This document shows positions 25,501-37,937 of a DNA stretch of 64,000 bases, in pieces. This stretch comes from Narcine bancroftii. Lineage: Eukaryota. The stretch covers positions 93,806,001-93,870,000 of the forward strand of contig NC_091478.1 of NCBI RefSeq assembly GCF_036971445.1. Reading direction: 5' to 3'. The translations under genes and the position numbers were made by a program. Below the pieces are notes generated by a model. That model worked only from the letters and a program-made list of their open reading frames with translations, searched no databases and was not told where the DNA came from. How positions within the stretch are numbered: position 1 is the stretch's first letter; every line of letters begins with the position of its first letter.

Positions 25501-28500
25501 ACCTTTCTTTTGTACTCAATGCTCCATGCAAAGATGACAAACATACCAGCCAATCTACTTGCTTTAAAACTATCATTCGTCTTTCGCAATTTGGAGAGGG
25601 TCCATGACATACTACTCATTCACTACATGACCCAAACTTCTACAACCTTCTCCACAAAAAAAATCCAAACAAGTATTCATTAAGGTCTCGCCCATCTAGG
25701 TTAAAGATTACAATAAGCACATTTAATGTCACAGTCAGAGATGCGATGTACATCAGAAGATTGTAATGAATCATACAGGATATACTTTAATGTACAGGAA
25801 ATTAAAGATGAGTGAGAGGTGAGAAGCAGTTATAATGTTAGCGAGTGACTCAGGTTTTTCTGCCTCTTTCAGTGGGAACTGCAAGATTCAGTTAATGAGG
25901 GTTGTGGAGTACAAAGGAGCATTAGTGAGAGTTGAAGGGCATGTTGCTATACTGAGGATGTATCAGTGTGTTACAACAGGTGCAGGGGATTAGTGACAGA
26001 ATCACAAAGGTTCCACCAGGGCTGACCAAAACCTCTCCCTGGCCACTTTCTCCTGCAGTTCTTTGTTCTTTCAAGTTCCCATCCAACTCCCCTTTGAAGG
26101 CCAGAACTGCACTGTTCACCATTACCCCAACCCTTCAGCACATTCCAGATGTGCACCATTAGCTGCAAAAACCAGTTGTTCCTCATGTCACCATTCCTTT
26201 TGATGACCACCTGTGTCCTTGCCCTTGAACCAATGAGAAGTCACTCTCTGTTCATTGTATGTGGACCTTTCATGATTTTAATAACTTGCCAAAAACCACA
26301 AAGTTATTCTGTTCCAGGAACATAATTTCTTCAGTCTCGCCATGTCACCAAAGCCTCTTCTCCCTGCATTCATCCCTTTTAACAACTCTTCACTCCCCAT
26401 GTCTTCATACTTCTCCTCAGTTGCCGGCCAGAATTGAGCTCCATATCCCAGCAACAGCCCATCAAGGGCAATAGCAACTTGCTTGCTCTTGTACTTTGTG
26501 CCTTATAAATAAAGCTCAAGACCCCAAGTGCTGACACAAAATGGAATCTGGTTCATTGACCCGTTTGACACTTAATTATTTACAGATTTTAAGCTCTCAA
26601 CCTGCTCTCTGGATCAGACATGCTCAGATTCCTCGTGACGTAGCACATCTTCAGTGGAAATATCTTGCTGTCTTTGGCACTGTGACTTGGAGAACCAGAG
26701 GCATCACCTCCCAGATACGGAGACTGAGGTATCAGATTGTCCCACGCAAGGTCTGCAATCAATGAGGGCTTTTTAAAGTACTGCATCACTTCCTGGATGT
26801 AAGTAACTAGAAGAAAAAAGGACAAATCAAGGAAGGACAACTAAAACTTCAAACACAAGCCAATCTATTCTCAATCTTAGCAAGTATCAAAACTGTACCA
26901 GTAGATAGGCTTATTCACAAAATCTACACGAGTAATCTACTCTTACACATCTCTCCATAACTGTCATTATTCACAATCTCAGCAACTCTCAAACTCACTA
27001 AAACATGCTTCCTGCATGTGCACAAGTTTCCTTACTAAATAGCACAATTGGAGAAACAGTGGAATCTGCAAACACTGTGCTAGAACCATAGAACATTACA
27101 ACACATATCAGGCCCTTCTAGTCTGTGCCAAACTATTATTCTGCCTAGTCCATGTCCCTCCATACCTGACCAAATGTTTCCTAAATGTTAAAATTGAGCC
27201 TGCATTCACCACTTCAGTTGGCAGCTTGTTCCACACTCTCACCATTCTGCGTGAAGATGTTCCCCCTAAACTTTTTCCATTTCACCCTTAACTCATGTCT
27301 CTTGTTCTTGTTTCACCCAACTTCAGTGGAAAATGCCTGCTTCCATTTATCTACCATTCATAATTTTGTCTACTTCTATCAAATCTCCCCTCATTCTAAG
27401 ATGCTCCAGGGAATAGAGTACTAGCCTATTCAACCTTTCCCTATAACTCAGCTCGTCTTATAAATCTTCTCTGCACATTTTCAATCTTATTGATATCTTT
27501 CCTGCAATTAGGTGATCAAAACTGCACACAATACTCCAAATTTGGCCTCATTAATGTCTTTTATAACTTTAAAATAATAACCCAACTCCTACACTTAATA
27601 TTTTGATTCACGAAGTCCAATGTGCCAAAAGCTCTCTTTACAATCCTATCTACCTGTGACACGACTTTCATAGAATTTTGCATCTTATTCCCAGATCCCT
27701 TTGTTCTACCACTTTCCTCACTGCCCTTCTGTTTATTATGCATGGTCTACATTGGTTAGTCCTCCCAAAGTGCAATACCTCACACTTGTCCACATTAAAT
27801 TCCATCTGCCATTTTGAAACCCATTCTTTTTTTTAGTCCAGATCCCACTGCAACCTTTGAAAGCCTTTCTCACCGTCCACTACACCTCCAATCTTTGTAT
27901 CTGCTAATGATGTCTAATCATTCTGCTACTCTCCACTGTACCATCAGTTGTCAGCTCCAACATTCAAGAATTCCTTCCCTAACCACCTTCACTTTCCTTT
28001 CACCCTTTGAAACTAGCTCATGGCCATCAATTTTTGACAATGGGAAGTACCTTGAGGCATTGAACTGACTGAGAATGCTTCATATATTCAAGTTATTTGT
28101 GCACACCAGTAAAGACTGAAACCAAGTCCTTCCCACTAACCCAGCACAAGTCTTTATGGTTTGTAATTTTGTCTAGCTTTAGCCATGTATCATCAGGGGC
28201 CTAACTTTATACATGAACAAACTGCAACCAACTTGCTAATGCACTCTCACCCCATTATACACTACTCCTCATCTTGCCATCTTCAGTTCCTCATGAAAAA
28301 CTTGGAAATTAAAAACTGAACTTCAAAAGATATGTGCCAAGGAGAGATTAGAAATTAGAAATGCAATAGTGCAAGGGGCAACCACTCAGCCTACAACCTA
28401 CAAAGGTGGACAAAGAGCCATCAAATCTACCGTAATCCCACCTGCCTTCCCCATATCACATCTCTTCACTACACATCTAAGTGCCTTATCCACATAATGA

Positions 28501-31500
28501 GGCTTTCTGCCTCTATCACTCCTGCAGCAAATGAGGTTCAGACCCCAAACCACTAGGTGAAAAGCATTCCTCATGTTCCCCTACCAATTATTTTCAACCT
28601 AAGAATTTAAATCTCAAGGGACCTACAGGCCCACCACAGAAACTCATTACTCAAGGACTTTCCACATTCACATCTCTTTTTTTCTGATCTATCATAAAAT
28701 CAAAATGAACAGCATGTAGTCAAGCAGTGCTCAAATCAAGCTGTTTTTCCAAAAAATGAAATTCAAAATGTTGAACCCAAACCCAGATATCTGCTGGGTT
28801 TCCTCCACTTGCTCATTTACAGATCTGCACAACCTCGAACTTCCACAAAACAAAAAGTTCAGCAATGCTGGTGACATCCACTATTTCACCGTTTTCCAAA
28901 TTCTATCTAATCTTCTGATCCAGTACCTGGGACTGGTCCTATAGCCAACAATATTCAAATATGATATTTCATACTCTAATTTCCTCATTTGCTTCTTGTA
29001 AAGGCTTGGTTATACTTCATCTAGACTTTACAACCTATCCAGTTTCAATGAAACTAATACCTTTCATACTTCCGCTTTTACTATACTTATCCTATCCAGT
29101 ATTTCATATATGTATTACCTCCTTAACTATATCAGGCAGTGTTAACTCTTTCATTAAGATAACTGCAAAGCATTGCTAAGAAATTAACACACACCCACTC
29201 ACACATGATCTTTTTTGTTCCTACTCTTTCCATGGGTATCCTCATTCATTGGATTTTATTCAAATTTCTATTTTCCCAATTTCTCCAATTCATTTTCAAT
29301 GTTTAAATTACATTTACACAAGTTAACAGGCCCTTGCAGCCCATGAGCCCATGCCACCCAATTAACTTACAATCCCCAGCACATTTTGAATGGTGGGAGT
29401 AAACCTGAGCACCCTGAAAAAAATCCACCTAAACACAGAATGTACAAACTCCTTACAGACAGCAACAATTCGAATTCATGTCGCTGGCATAATAAATGTT
29501 CTGCTAACCACTATACAAACTATACCGCCCTTACGCTAGATTTTCTGCAGTTAGGACATCAGTATCTGATAGATTACCTTTTATGCTTCTTTGGACAAAA
29601 GGCTGCAAATTTGGAATTTTTTTCTGTGGAAACATGGCTACCCAGAACTTCTAGAATGTCACCGGAAAAGTAGATGGTTCTCCTTTACATTCACTGAGTT
29701 TCTTTACAGTCTAGAAAAATTAGTTTTACTCCTACTTGAATTTAATCGACAATGAATCTACATGTGATCATATGCAGGCAGAAGTGACTAACAGCTTCCT
29801 GAGCATCTAGCTCCCCCAATTGCAGGGAAAAATGGTGCAAGTAACTAAGGCCGAAATTCAACTCTCCTCTCAAGAGTCACAACAAGCTGTCTAACCACAG
29901 TCTGTCTCTTGTGTTTGTGACCTAGATGGCCAGCTGTGTCATTTAGCATTCACTCACTCGTCTTCAGTGACCACAGTGACAGGAAATATGTTCTCATTTT
30001 ATTTTAAAATCCATTTCCTGTTGAATTCAATCCTCATCCTTGCCACAGGAACATAGAATCGAAAGGACTAGATAGCTGCCACATTTAAGGAATGTCCTTC
30101 AGTCACACATGACCAATTACAGATCGAAAGCTTCATGATTAACCCTTCACAGCATTTTCAGAATGCACAAGAAGCAGCTTGGGTTTCAGTAAACATAGTG
30201 CTACAAATAACCTGACAGTTGGAGATGAGTGGAGGTGGCATGTTTAGCAAGTTTGCAGATTTTTATTCAAGGGGTGTGGGTTTTGCAACACTTGTTTGTC
30301 CACCTCTAATTGCCCTTGAAAGAGTGATGTGAACTGCCTTCATGAACCACTACAGTCCTTGAGGTGTGGGTACACTTGTTATGGAGGGACTTTGACCCAG
30401 CAAATAAAGAGAGCGAATAAGGTGAAAATGTATTAGAAATTAGGAAATAGCAAAGAAACTAAAAATGTGCCTGCATTCATAAGACAACACTGGACACCTC
30501 CAGGGAATGTTGTAAGACTGCAGGTGCAGAATGAAGGAGGAACTAAAGAAAGAGTATTATTTAAAAAAAACTATTGAAGAAATGGGAATGAAAGGCAAAT
30601 ATCGTCAAGGCCCATTGAACAGCATTCATGGGCTTTGAAGTGGCAACTTTGGAAATAGTCATCACTGAGAAACTATGACATTTTGGAATTGTTTCCAAAG
30701 TCAGCAAATGTAACCTCACAATTCCAGGAGAGAAAAAACTGGAAACTACATAATAAGCTAGCCTGACTCATGGGCTGGAACATATTAAGGAAAATAATCA
30801 GTGGGTGGGCAGTCAACATGCATCTATGAAAGGAAATTCATATTTAACAAATCTGCTGGAGTTTCTGACACTATATCCAGTAGAAGATACTGACAAGCCA
30901 GTTGGTGTGCTTAGACTTTCCAAAGTCAAAAGTTTTCACAACTTAGAGTAAGCAGTTTTGCAGTAAAACATTGCTTTACGGGCAGAATAAATGAATAATT
31001 TTGAGATTGTCCCAAGAAGGACATGGATTAGGCCATAGAGGTCAAGTAAGAGACAACGTATACCTGATTGAAAGTCAGTGGCTGGTTAGTAAGCTTGCAG
31101 AATATAGAACAATTAGTGGAGTTGTGGACAGTGTCGAGGGGTATCAAAGAATATAACAGGATAGATACCTATTACAGATATGGGCAGAAAAATGGCAGTT
31201 GGAGTTTAATCCAGACAAGCATGAGGTGTTGCACATTGATGTGCAGTGGGATCTGGGGGTTCAGGTGTGTAACTCATGGAAAGTGGCCAAGCAAGTAGAT
31301 AGGGTGATATCAAAGGCATGCTTGGCTTCATTGGACAGAGCATTGAGTATTAAAGCAGTGTTATAAACCTCTGGTTAGGCCACACTTAAATACTGTGTGC
31401 AATTCTAGTCACCTCATTGCAGAAATAGTCAGAATCTTTTTCGCAGGGTAAAATCATCAAACACGAGGACATGCATTTAAGGTGAGAGGCAGGAAGTTTT

Positions 31501-34500
31501 AAATGAGATGTTCGGGACAAATATTTTTAAAATGGTAAGTGCCCAGAAAGGGCAGACAGGAGTAGTCATAGAAGCAGATGCAATAGTGATGTTTAAGAGG
31601 TTGCTAGATAGATATAAATATGAAGGATATGGAGGAACATCTATTGGTTGTGTGACGGGCCCAGAGGACCCCAAAACTCAGCAGCAATAGAAATTCACCA
31701 AGACAAATGCTTACAAAAACAAAAGTTACTTTTAATTTTCTTTAAAAATAAATACAGGATCAAACATTACTATTAACTTAACCTAACTTCCCCTTCTAAT
31801 TCTAAGTGCATGTTTATATAATGTGTGTATAAGTTCAGAAAAGTTCTTTGATTCACAGTCCAATCTCACTTCTCACTCCTCCAAGTTCAATGTTATCAAT
31901 TCTTATACTGTGCACAGAATTAAACATTTATAAATCTTCACCAGGCTTTGGCGCTTGAAAGGTAAATGGTTACCGCGCAGGAAGGTTCTTGTCTGTTTTC
32001 AGAGAGAGATTTGTTGTTCTTTGGACACACACAAACTGATTCCTTCCGATCAGCCACTTCAGTGTCTTGCCGAAGAAATTTGCCCCATCACCACAGAGTT
32101 CCTTTCCTGTTTCCCTCATCTCAGGTGAAACATTACATAGCCAACCATCTCCTCTTGTATGGACTACAAGAGCTTTGAACAGGCTAAACTCAGAACTCAA
32201 CCAGTCTTCAAAATAGGGTTTCAAACAAGCTTCCAAAAGCCAATGCAGAAAACCAGCAGTCTCTCTCTCTGTCACATTTAGAGAAAAACCTGTTTGACTC
32301 TCTCTGCTTGCAAAACCACATTACCTTCCCAAAACAGCACACTCCACCAAAACAGCTTGCTGACTCCCAAAATCAATGAGAGATCTTATCAGTTTCCTGA
32401 GATGGGCCCTTCCATTTGCAACTCGTGAAAATCTTCAGGACAGGGTCTATTGTCTTTGCAGACATGTAGGCACCACTTTGCGCATAATTCTTGCATTTTA
32501 AAATGAAATCGTTTTTTGAAGTGTTTATGGGTTTGTGACCAATCTAAAACCCCACAATCTTTCAAAAACATATCTATACATAATATAAAATATAACATAA
32601 TCTGTCACAGTTGCAAGTAGCAGATTGCTTGGTTTGAGCATCATGTTTGGCACAGACACATGGTCTGAAGGGCCTGTTCCTGTGCTTTACAGTTCCATGT
32701 TCTACATCCCACCTGTCAACATGCCACATTAATAGTGAGGGGGGGGGGTGGTGGGGGGAAAAACAGAAGAAGAGGAGAAAGCAAAGATGTCCTTTGTAAT
32801 TGTTCCAACATTCATAAGTTTATGAATTTATTGGCAACATATTACATCATGTACATAATGGCTGTCCTGCACTGTCTCCGCATGCTCCGCCTGCCCTGCA
32901 GTTTAAACATCTGGCAATATGCATCTTGATTTCATGCAAGTAACTAGGGTCAATGAGCTTTACAGTGGTAGAGATATTAGAATGCATAGCAGATGACATG
33001 GAATATTACATTGCCAGCAACCCAGGTTCATGACTACTGTCTATATGTTCTCCATGTGTCTGCATGGGTTTCCTCCCACCCTTCAATATATACGAGGATT
33101 TTTGATTGTAGGTTGGTAGTTAGATTGAGGCACATGTGGCTAGGGATCAAGTCTATAACAGATCACAAGTCAACCTTGCAAGTTAAAGACATTGACTCCT
33201 CCCTTCCAGTCAGGCTGAATGCCCAGTTTGATGAGAAGATCAGGATGAGGTCAAAGAAAGCTCCACGTCCCCCTGATGAATGGGCCTTCTGCATAGCTGC
33301 GGCCAAGATAAAAAGAATCCTATCCAAGATGAACCCACCAAAGGCAGCGGGACCAGATAACATACTGGTCAGGTACTGAAGGACTGTACAGACCCATTGA
33401 CAGAGGTCTTCGTGGACATCAAAACCTCACTGCAACAATCCATTGTTCCCGCAGGGATCAAGACAGCCTCCCCCATCCTGATCCCAAGAGAGCAACAATA
33501 AAAGGCCTCAATGACTATAGCACTCCACCATTATGAAATGTTTTGAGCATCTGGTGATGGAACTTATCAAAGCACACCTCCCAGAGACACTGTACCCATT
33601 TCATCTATAAAAGAAAGAGTTCCACAGTCAATGCTATAGCTGTATCCCTTCACTCCATCCTGACAACCTGGAGAATGATGCCTCATATGCTAGGCTGCTG
33701 TTCGTCAACTTCAGCTCAGTGTATAATACTATCATTCCTCAGAGGCTGGTGGAGAAGTGGTCTTTGCTGGGATTCCACACCCCCCTCTGTAACTAGATTC
33801 TGCTCTTCCAAACAGAAAGACCACAGTCTGTCTGGGTCGGTAGCAGAACATTGAGCACCAACATGCTGAGCACTGATGCACCTCAGGGCTGCTACTCAGC
33901 CCGCTCCTGTCCACGCTACTGACCCATGACTGTATCGCCAGATCCGGACACAACAGTAGTTGGCCTCATCAGAAACAACGATGAGACACTCCAAAAGAGG
34001 TGGAAAATCTTGTGATATAGTGCAAGAGTAACAACCCGAGTCTCAACATGGACAAGAGAAAGGAGATGATTGTGGACTTCATGAGGACAGGAACAACCAC
34101 CCTTTCATCCAGAAAGTCATGAACCATGGGAACCATGGAAATTTGGCTGCATGGATTTGGAATTAGCTTGTCTGCAGAAAGCAGAGGTTAATACAGCAAA
34201 TGTTCTCTGCCTGGAGGTCGTTGACTAGTTCTGGGGCCCTGCTCTTTGTGATTTTTACAAATGGCTTGAAGAGGTGGAGGGGTGGGTCAATAAATTTGCA
34301 GATGACATGAGGGATGGAAGAGTTATACATCGTGTGTAAACGTCTACTGTAGCTTATAAAAGATATAGAGCTGGGCAGAGAAATGGAAAATGGAGTTCAA
34401 TCCTGAAAAGTGTGAAAAGACACACTTTTGAAAATCAACTGAAAGGCAAAATACAAGGTTAATGGCAATATTCTTACCAGGGTGGAGAAACAGAAGGATC

Positions 34501-37500
34501 TTGGAGTCCAAGTTCATAGTTCCTACAAGGTTGCTGCATAAGTTGATAAGGTAATTAAGAAGGCATATGGTATGTTGGTCTTCATTAGTTGGGGGATTGA
34601 GTTCAAGATTATCGAAGGTTGTAGCTCTATAAAACTCTGGTTAGAGCACACAGAGTATTGTGTTTTGTTTTGGTTGCCTCATTAGAGAAAGAAAGTGGAT
34701 GTTTTGGAGAGGCTGCTGAAGAGATTTACCAGGATGCTGCCTGGAATGGAGAACATGTTTTGTGATGAAAGATTGAGTTATCTTTAGAGCTATGGCGGAT
34801 GAGAGGTAACCTAATACAGGTATTTTTGAAAGGCACAGATAATGCAGACATCCAAAATCTTCCCCCCCACCCCCACCCACACCCCCAAACTCACCACTTC
34901 AGGGCAGTTTTTTTAAAAAAAGAGCTGAGTGTCTGGAACACATCATCATGAGTGGTGATTTGCCTTTCCAAAATGCAACACTTCACACTTATCCGTATTA
35001 AATTCCATCAGCCATTTCTCAGCCCACTCCTCTAGTTTTCCCATATCTCTTTTTAAGCTACTGTAATCTTCCTCACTGTCCACAATACCACCAATCTTTG
35101 TATCATCTGCAAACTTACTTATCCAATTCACCACCCCTTCTTTCAGATGGTTAATATATATAACAAACAATAGTAGACCCAGGACCGATCCCTGAGGAAC
35201 TCCTCTAGTCACCGGCCTCCAATTGGACAAACAATTTTCTACCATTACTCTCTGACACCTCCCATCCAACCATTGCTGAATCCATTTCACTACTTCCTTA
35301 TTTATACCTAATGCCTCTACCTTTTTACCTAACCTCCTGTGGGGAACTTTGTCAAAAACTTTACTAAAGTCTAAATAGATAACATCCACAGCCTTCCCTT
35401 CATCAATCTTTTTCGTAACCCCCTCAAAAAACTCTAAGGTTTGTTGAGCATGATCTACCCCTGACAAAACCATGCTGACTACTACCTATCAATCCCTGTT
35501 CATCCAAATATTTGTAAATGCCATCCCTCAGAACACTTTCCATCAACTTACTACCCACCATAGACGTCAGACTTACAGGTCTATAATTTCCAGGCTTACA
35601 TTTGGACCCTTTCTTAAACAGCGGAACAACATGAGCCACCCATGACCAACGTTCATCGTGTATCTTTATCTCCTGTGGATGCTGCCAGACCTGCTGAGTT
35701 CCTCCAGCATTTCTGTGTGTTTGCTGCAAACATAGAGTCTGCAGACTTTTGTGTTTCACTCCTGGATTAAAGGAGAAATTGGACAAACATTGTTTTCTCT
35801 GGAGCATCAGATCCTGAAGGGTGAACTGATAGAAGTTTATAAATTTAAGAGAGGCAGAGATATACTAAATAGAATAGTTTTCCCAGGTTGGAAAAGTCAA
35901 ATTATAAAGTGCAGAACTTTAAGGTGAGACAATTAAAGTTTAAAGGAGATATATGAAGTACATTTTATTTTTTAAAGTGTGCCAGATGCCTGGAAGTGGT
36001 GGAACCAGATACGATGGCCACATTTATGAAGCATTTAGACAGGCAGGAACAGGCATGGAATGCAAGAATATATAAACCATATGCATTTTAAATTGGCATT
36101 ATAGTCAGCATAGACAAGATGGAATGAAGGACCTGTTCCTGCACTGCCCTTTTCTATACAACTCATCATCTTTCAGCTATTTTGCTGGTTAATTCCCTTT
36201 ACCAATATTCTGGTCAATGAATTTCAGAGCATTCTACATCCACAGGCTGAAATGGTTCTCAGCCAACTTTAAAAACCTGTCCATTTTATACCATTTTTAA
36301 TTTTGGTGAACTATAGAATCATATTGTACATAAACGGAATTGGACAGAACTTTTTAAAGCACAATTCATCCGAGCAGACAAGATGTACATCTACACTAAT
36401 ACAACTCCGGGTATCAGCCAGCGACATGGAGAACCTCTTACAATCAATTGTTGCATAACCTGGCCTCACAATCTCCAACATCAAGTCGAACAGCTGACAT
36501 CTCCCTCAACACCTCTCATCCCAACCATGGTAAGAAGTCCGTCAAGCTTCAATAAGAACGTGGCTCAACTTTTACCTCAATATTTCTCCATCATTACCCT
36601 TAACATCCCGAAAGCCTTCAAACCCTCCAGTGCAGAAAATCCCAAAAGATTCAAAATCCTCCAAGCAACACAATTCTTATCTGAAGTTATGACTACTAAT
36701 TCTAGACTAGCTTCCCCCCAGGTGCGCGCAGCCCCCGCTTGCTCCACTCCCCCCCCTGCTCCACTCCCCCCCCCTGCTCCACTCCCCCCCCCTGCTCCTC
36801 TCCCCCCCCTGCTCCTCTCCCCCCCCTGCTCCTCTCCCCCCCCTGCTCCTCTCCCCCCCCTGCTCCTCTCCCCCCCCTGCTCCTCTCCCCCCCCCTGCTC
36901 CTCTCCCCCCCCTGCTCCTCTCCCCCCCCTGCTCCTCTCCCCCCCCTGCTCCTCTCCCCCCCCTGCTCCTCTCCCCCCCCTGCTCCTCTCCCCCCCCTGC
37001 TCCTCTCCCCCCCTGCTCCTCTCCCCCCCCTGCTCCTCTCCCCCCCCTGCTCCTCTCCCCCCCCTGCTCCTCTCCCCCCCCTGCTCCTCTCCCCCCCCTG
37101 CTCCTCTCCCCCCCCTGCTCCTCTCCCCCCCCTGCTCCTCTCCCCCCCCTGCTCCTCTCCCCCCCCTGCTCCTCTCCCCCCCCTGCTCCTCTCCCCCCCC
37201 TGCTCCTCTCCCCCCCCTGCTCCTCTCCCCCCCCTGCTCCTCTCCCCCCCCTGCTCCTCTCCTCCGGGGCCGCGCCCCCCCCCCACTCCTCTCCCCGGGG
37301 GCGCGCGGCCCCTCACCTCGCCGCCGCCCTTCTTACCCTCAAGGGTCACCTCCTTGCCCGCCTTCTTCAGGGCCTGCACCGCTTGATCATGCGTGGCGTC
37401 CTGCAGCCCCACTCCGTTCACGGCGAGGATGGCGTCGCCCACGAAGAGGGCGCCGGTGCGGTCGGCCGCCAGCCCGCGGAAGATCTTCGAGATGATGATG

Positions 37501-37895
37501 GGCATTCGGTTCTCGCGGCCTCCCTTGATGCTGATGCCGAGCCCGCCAGATTCCTGTTTCAGCACCCGGACCGTGCGCACCCGGTCGGCGGGCGCCTCCC
37601 CCGCCTGACCCCGCTGCGGGCTGCCGCCGGCGTCCCGGGGCGAGTGAGCGGTCGGGCCGCAGCCGAGGGTCGCGACGCCAGGGGCTGCCGGGCTCATGTG
37701 CACCGGGCTGGGGCTCGGGCTCCGCCGCCGCGGCGAGCCGTTGGACAGCCCATCCCAGGGGTCAGCCTCGGGCTTCGGCTCCTCGCTGCTCAGCCGCAGG
37801 CTGCTCTGTCGCAGCTCGGCCCGCACTCGGTGCCAGCCCCGGTCCCGCAGGAAGAGCTCCAGTGGCCCGGACCGAAGCAGCAGCTCGCCCGCCAT
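10420..37895 (-). CDS. SNTB2: Beta-2 syntrophin, 7 exons, 527 aa: complement(join(10420..10512,12781..12971,15907..16103,17321..17463,17945..18140,26602..26806,37337..37895))
   Basis: All introns are GT-AG and exon phases are consistent (1584 nt, open frame). Contains the syntrophin PDZ ([23 protein letters not shown]), split PH1, PH2 and SU domains. C-terminus KVTRMGLLV is SNTB2-type, and the gene lies between UTP4 and VPS4A. Confidence 0.95.
12781..12971 (-). CDS. SNTB2: SNTB2 exon 6 ([11 protein letters not shown]...[28 protein letters not shown])
   Basis: Acceptor ccag, donor GTGTGT; SU-domain motif. Confidence 0.95.
15907..16103 (-). CDS. SNTB2: SNTB2 exon 5 ([11 protein letters not shown]...ELIKEVTL)
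   Basis: 197 nt; acceptor ttcag, donor GTACGT. Confidence 0.95.
16600..17280 (+). mobile_element. Rex1/Babar-like LINE 3' fragment
   Basis: [17 protein letters not shown] and [13 protein letters not shown] motifs. Related pieces at ~15310-15460 (-) and ~56740-57245 (+). Confidence 0.75.
17321..17463 (-). CDS. SNTB2: SNTB2 exon 4 ([12 protein letters not shown]...HPLLATR)
   Basis: 143 nt; acceptor ctgcag, donor GTATGT. Confidence 0.93.
17945..18140 (-). CDS. SNTB2: SNTB2 exon 3 (LFELHSPDG...IGWLSEQ)
   Basis: 196 nt; acceptor cacag, donor GTAGAG. Confidence 0.95.
19111..19914 (-). mobile_element. L1-like LINE 3' end inserted into a CR1 fragment
   Basis: Poly-A tail (poly-T on + at 19110-19119) and ORF2 C-terminal Cys knuckle ([18 protein letters not shown]). 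Candidate TSD ctgggtgcct (19101-19110) / ctgggtgact (19915-19924), with CR1 sequence continuing on both sides. Confidence 0.8.
20530..21260 (-). mobile_element. CR1 LINE fragments
   Basis: [17 protein letters not shown]...SKF-EYTKLAG and [13 protein letters not shown] motifs. Confidence 0.8.
23290..24017 (+). mobile_element. Non-autonomous dispersed retroposon-like element interrupting a CR1
   Basis: Shares ordered blocks with 52350-53243 (gaacaggctttaa; cccaagatgg; ggacattcagtg; ttttgcttctcttt; tgtaaggg..ggcaat; tgacaat tail). Confidence 0.65.
26602..26806 (-). CDS. SNTB2: SNTB2 exon 2 ([16 protein letters not shown]...[10 protein letters not shown])
   Basis: 205 nt; acceptor ttcttctag, donor GTTGAG. 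Confidence 0.95.
27080..27900 (-). mobile_element. CR1 LINE 3' fragment
   Basis: [14 protein letters not shown] and [10 protein letters not shown] motifs; CR1-type (ttcta)-like tail. Confidence 0.8.
31651..32609 (-). mobile_element. Solo LTR, 959 bp, inserted into a CR1 3' end
   Basis: Perfect terminal IR TGTGAC...GTCACA and 4-bp TSD GTTG (31647-31650 and 32610-32613). Orientation inferred from minus-strand TATA-like (~31927) and ATTAAA (~31731) motifs. Confidence 0.88.
33160..34100 (+). mobile_element. Rex1/Babar-like LINE RT fragment
   Basis: [35 protein letters not shown] and KEMIVDF motifs, with frameshifts. Confidence 0.8.
34110..34940 (+). mobile_element. CR1 LINE fragment
   Basis: KFADD and [15 protein letters not shown] motifs. 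Confidence 0.8.
34946..35640 (-). mobile_element. CR1 LINE reverse transcriptase core (well preserved, about one frameshift)
   Basis: [43 protein letters not shown] and [10 protein letters not shown]. Confidence 0.92.
36740..37263. repeat. 17-bp minisatellite (CCCCCCCCTGCTCCTCT)n, about 30 copies, at the start of SNTB2 intron 1
   Basis: Near-perfect tandem units read directly. Confidence 0.95.
37337..37895 (-). CDS. SNTB2: SNTB2 exon 1 (PH1a + PDZ)
   Basis: gagATGG start at 37895; ends [11 protein letters not shown]|GTAAGA; within a CpG island. Confidence 0.93.
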
Positions 37896-37937
37896 CTCCC
37901 ACGTCCCAGCCGCCCAACAGCCTGGGTGAAGTGACAG

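Noticed and set aside
36740-37263. Possible CRISPR-like array
   Set aside because: Head-to-tail units with no unique spacers and no cas genes, in eukaryotic context.
36383-37495. 370-aa and 215-aa proline-rich plus-strand ORFs, and the [11 protein letters not shown] tail of the 428-aa minus ORF
   Set aside because: These are translations of the stop-free 17-bp minisatellite; the real SNTB2 exon ends at the donor at 37337/37336.
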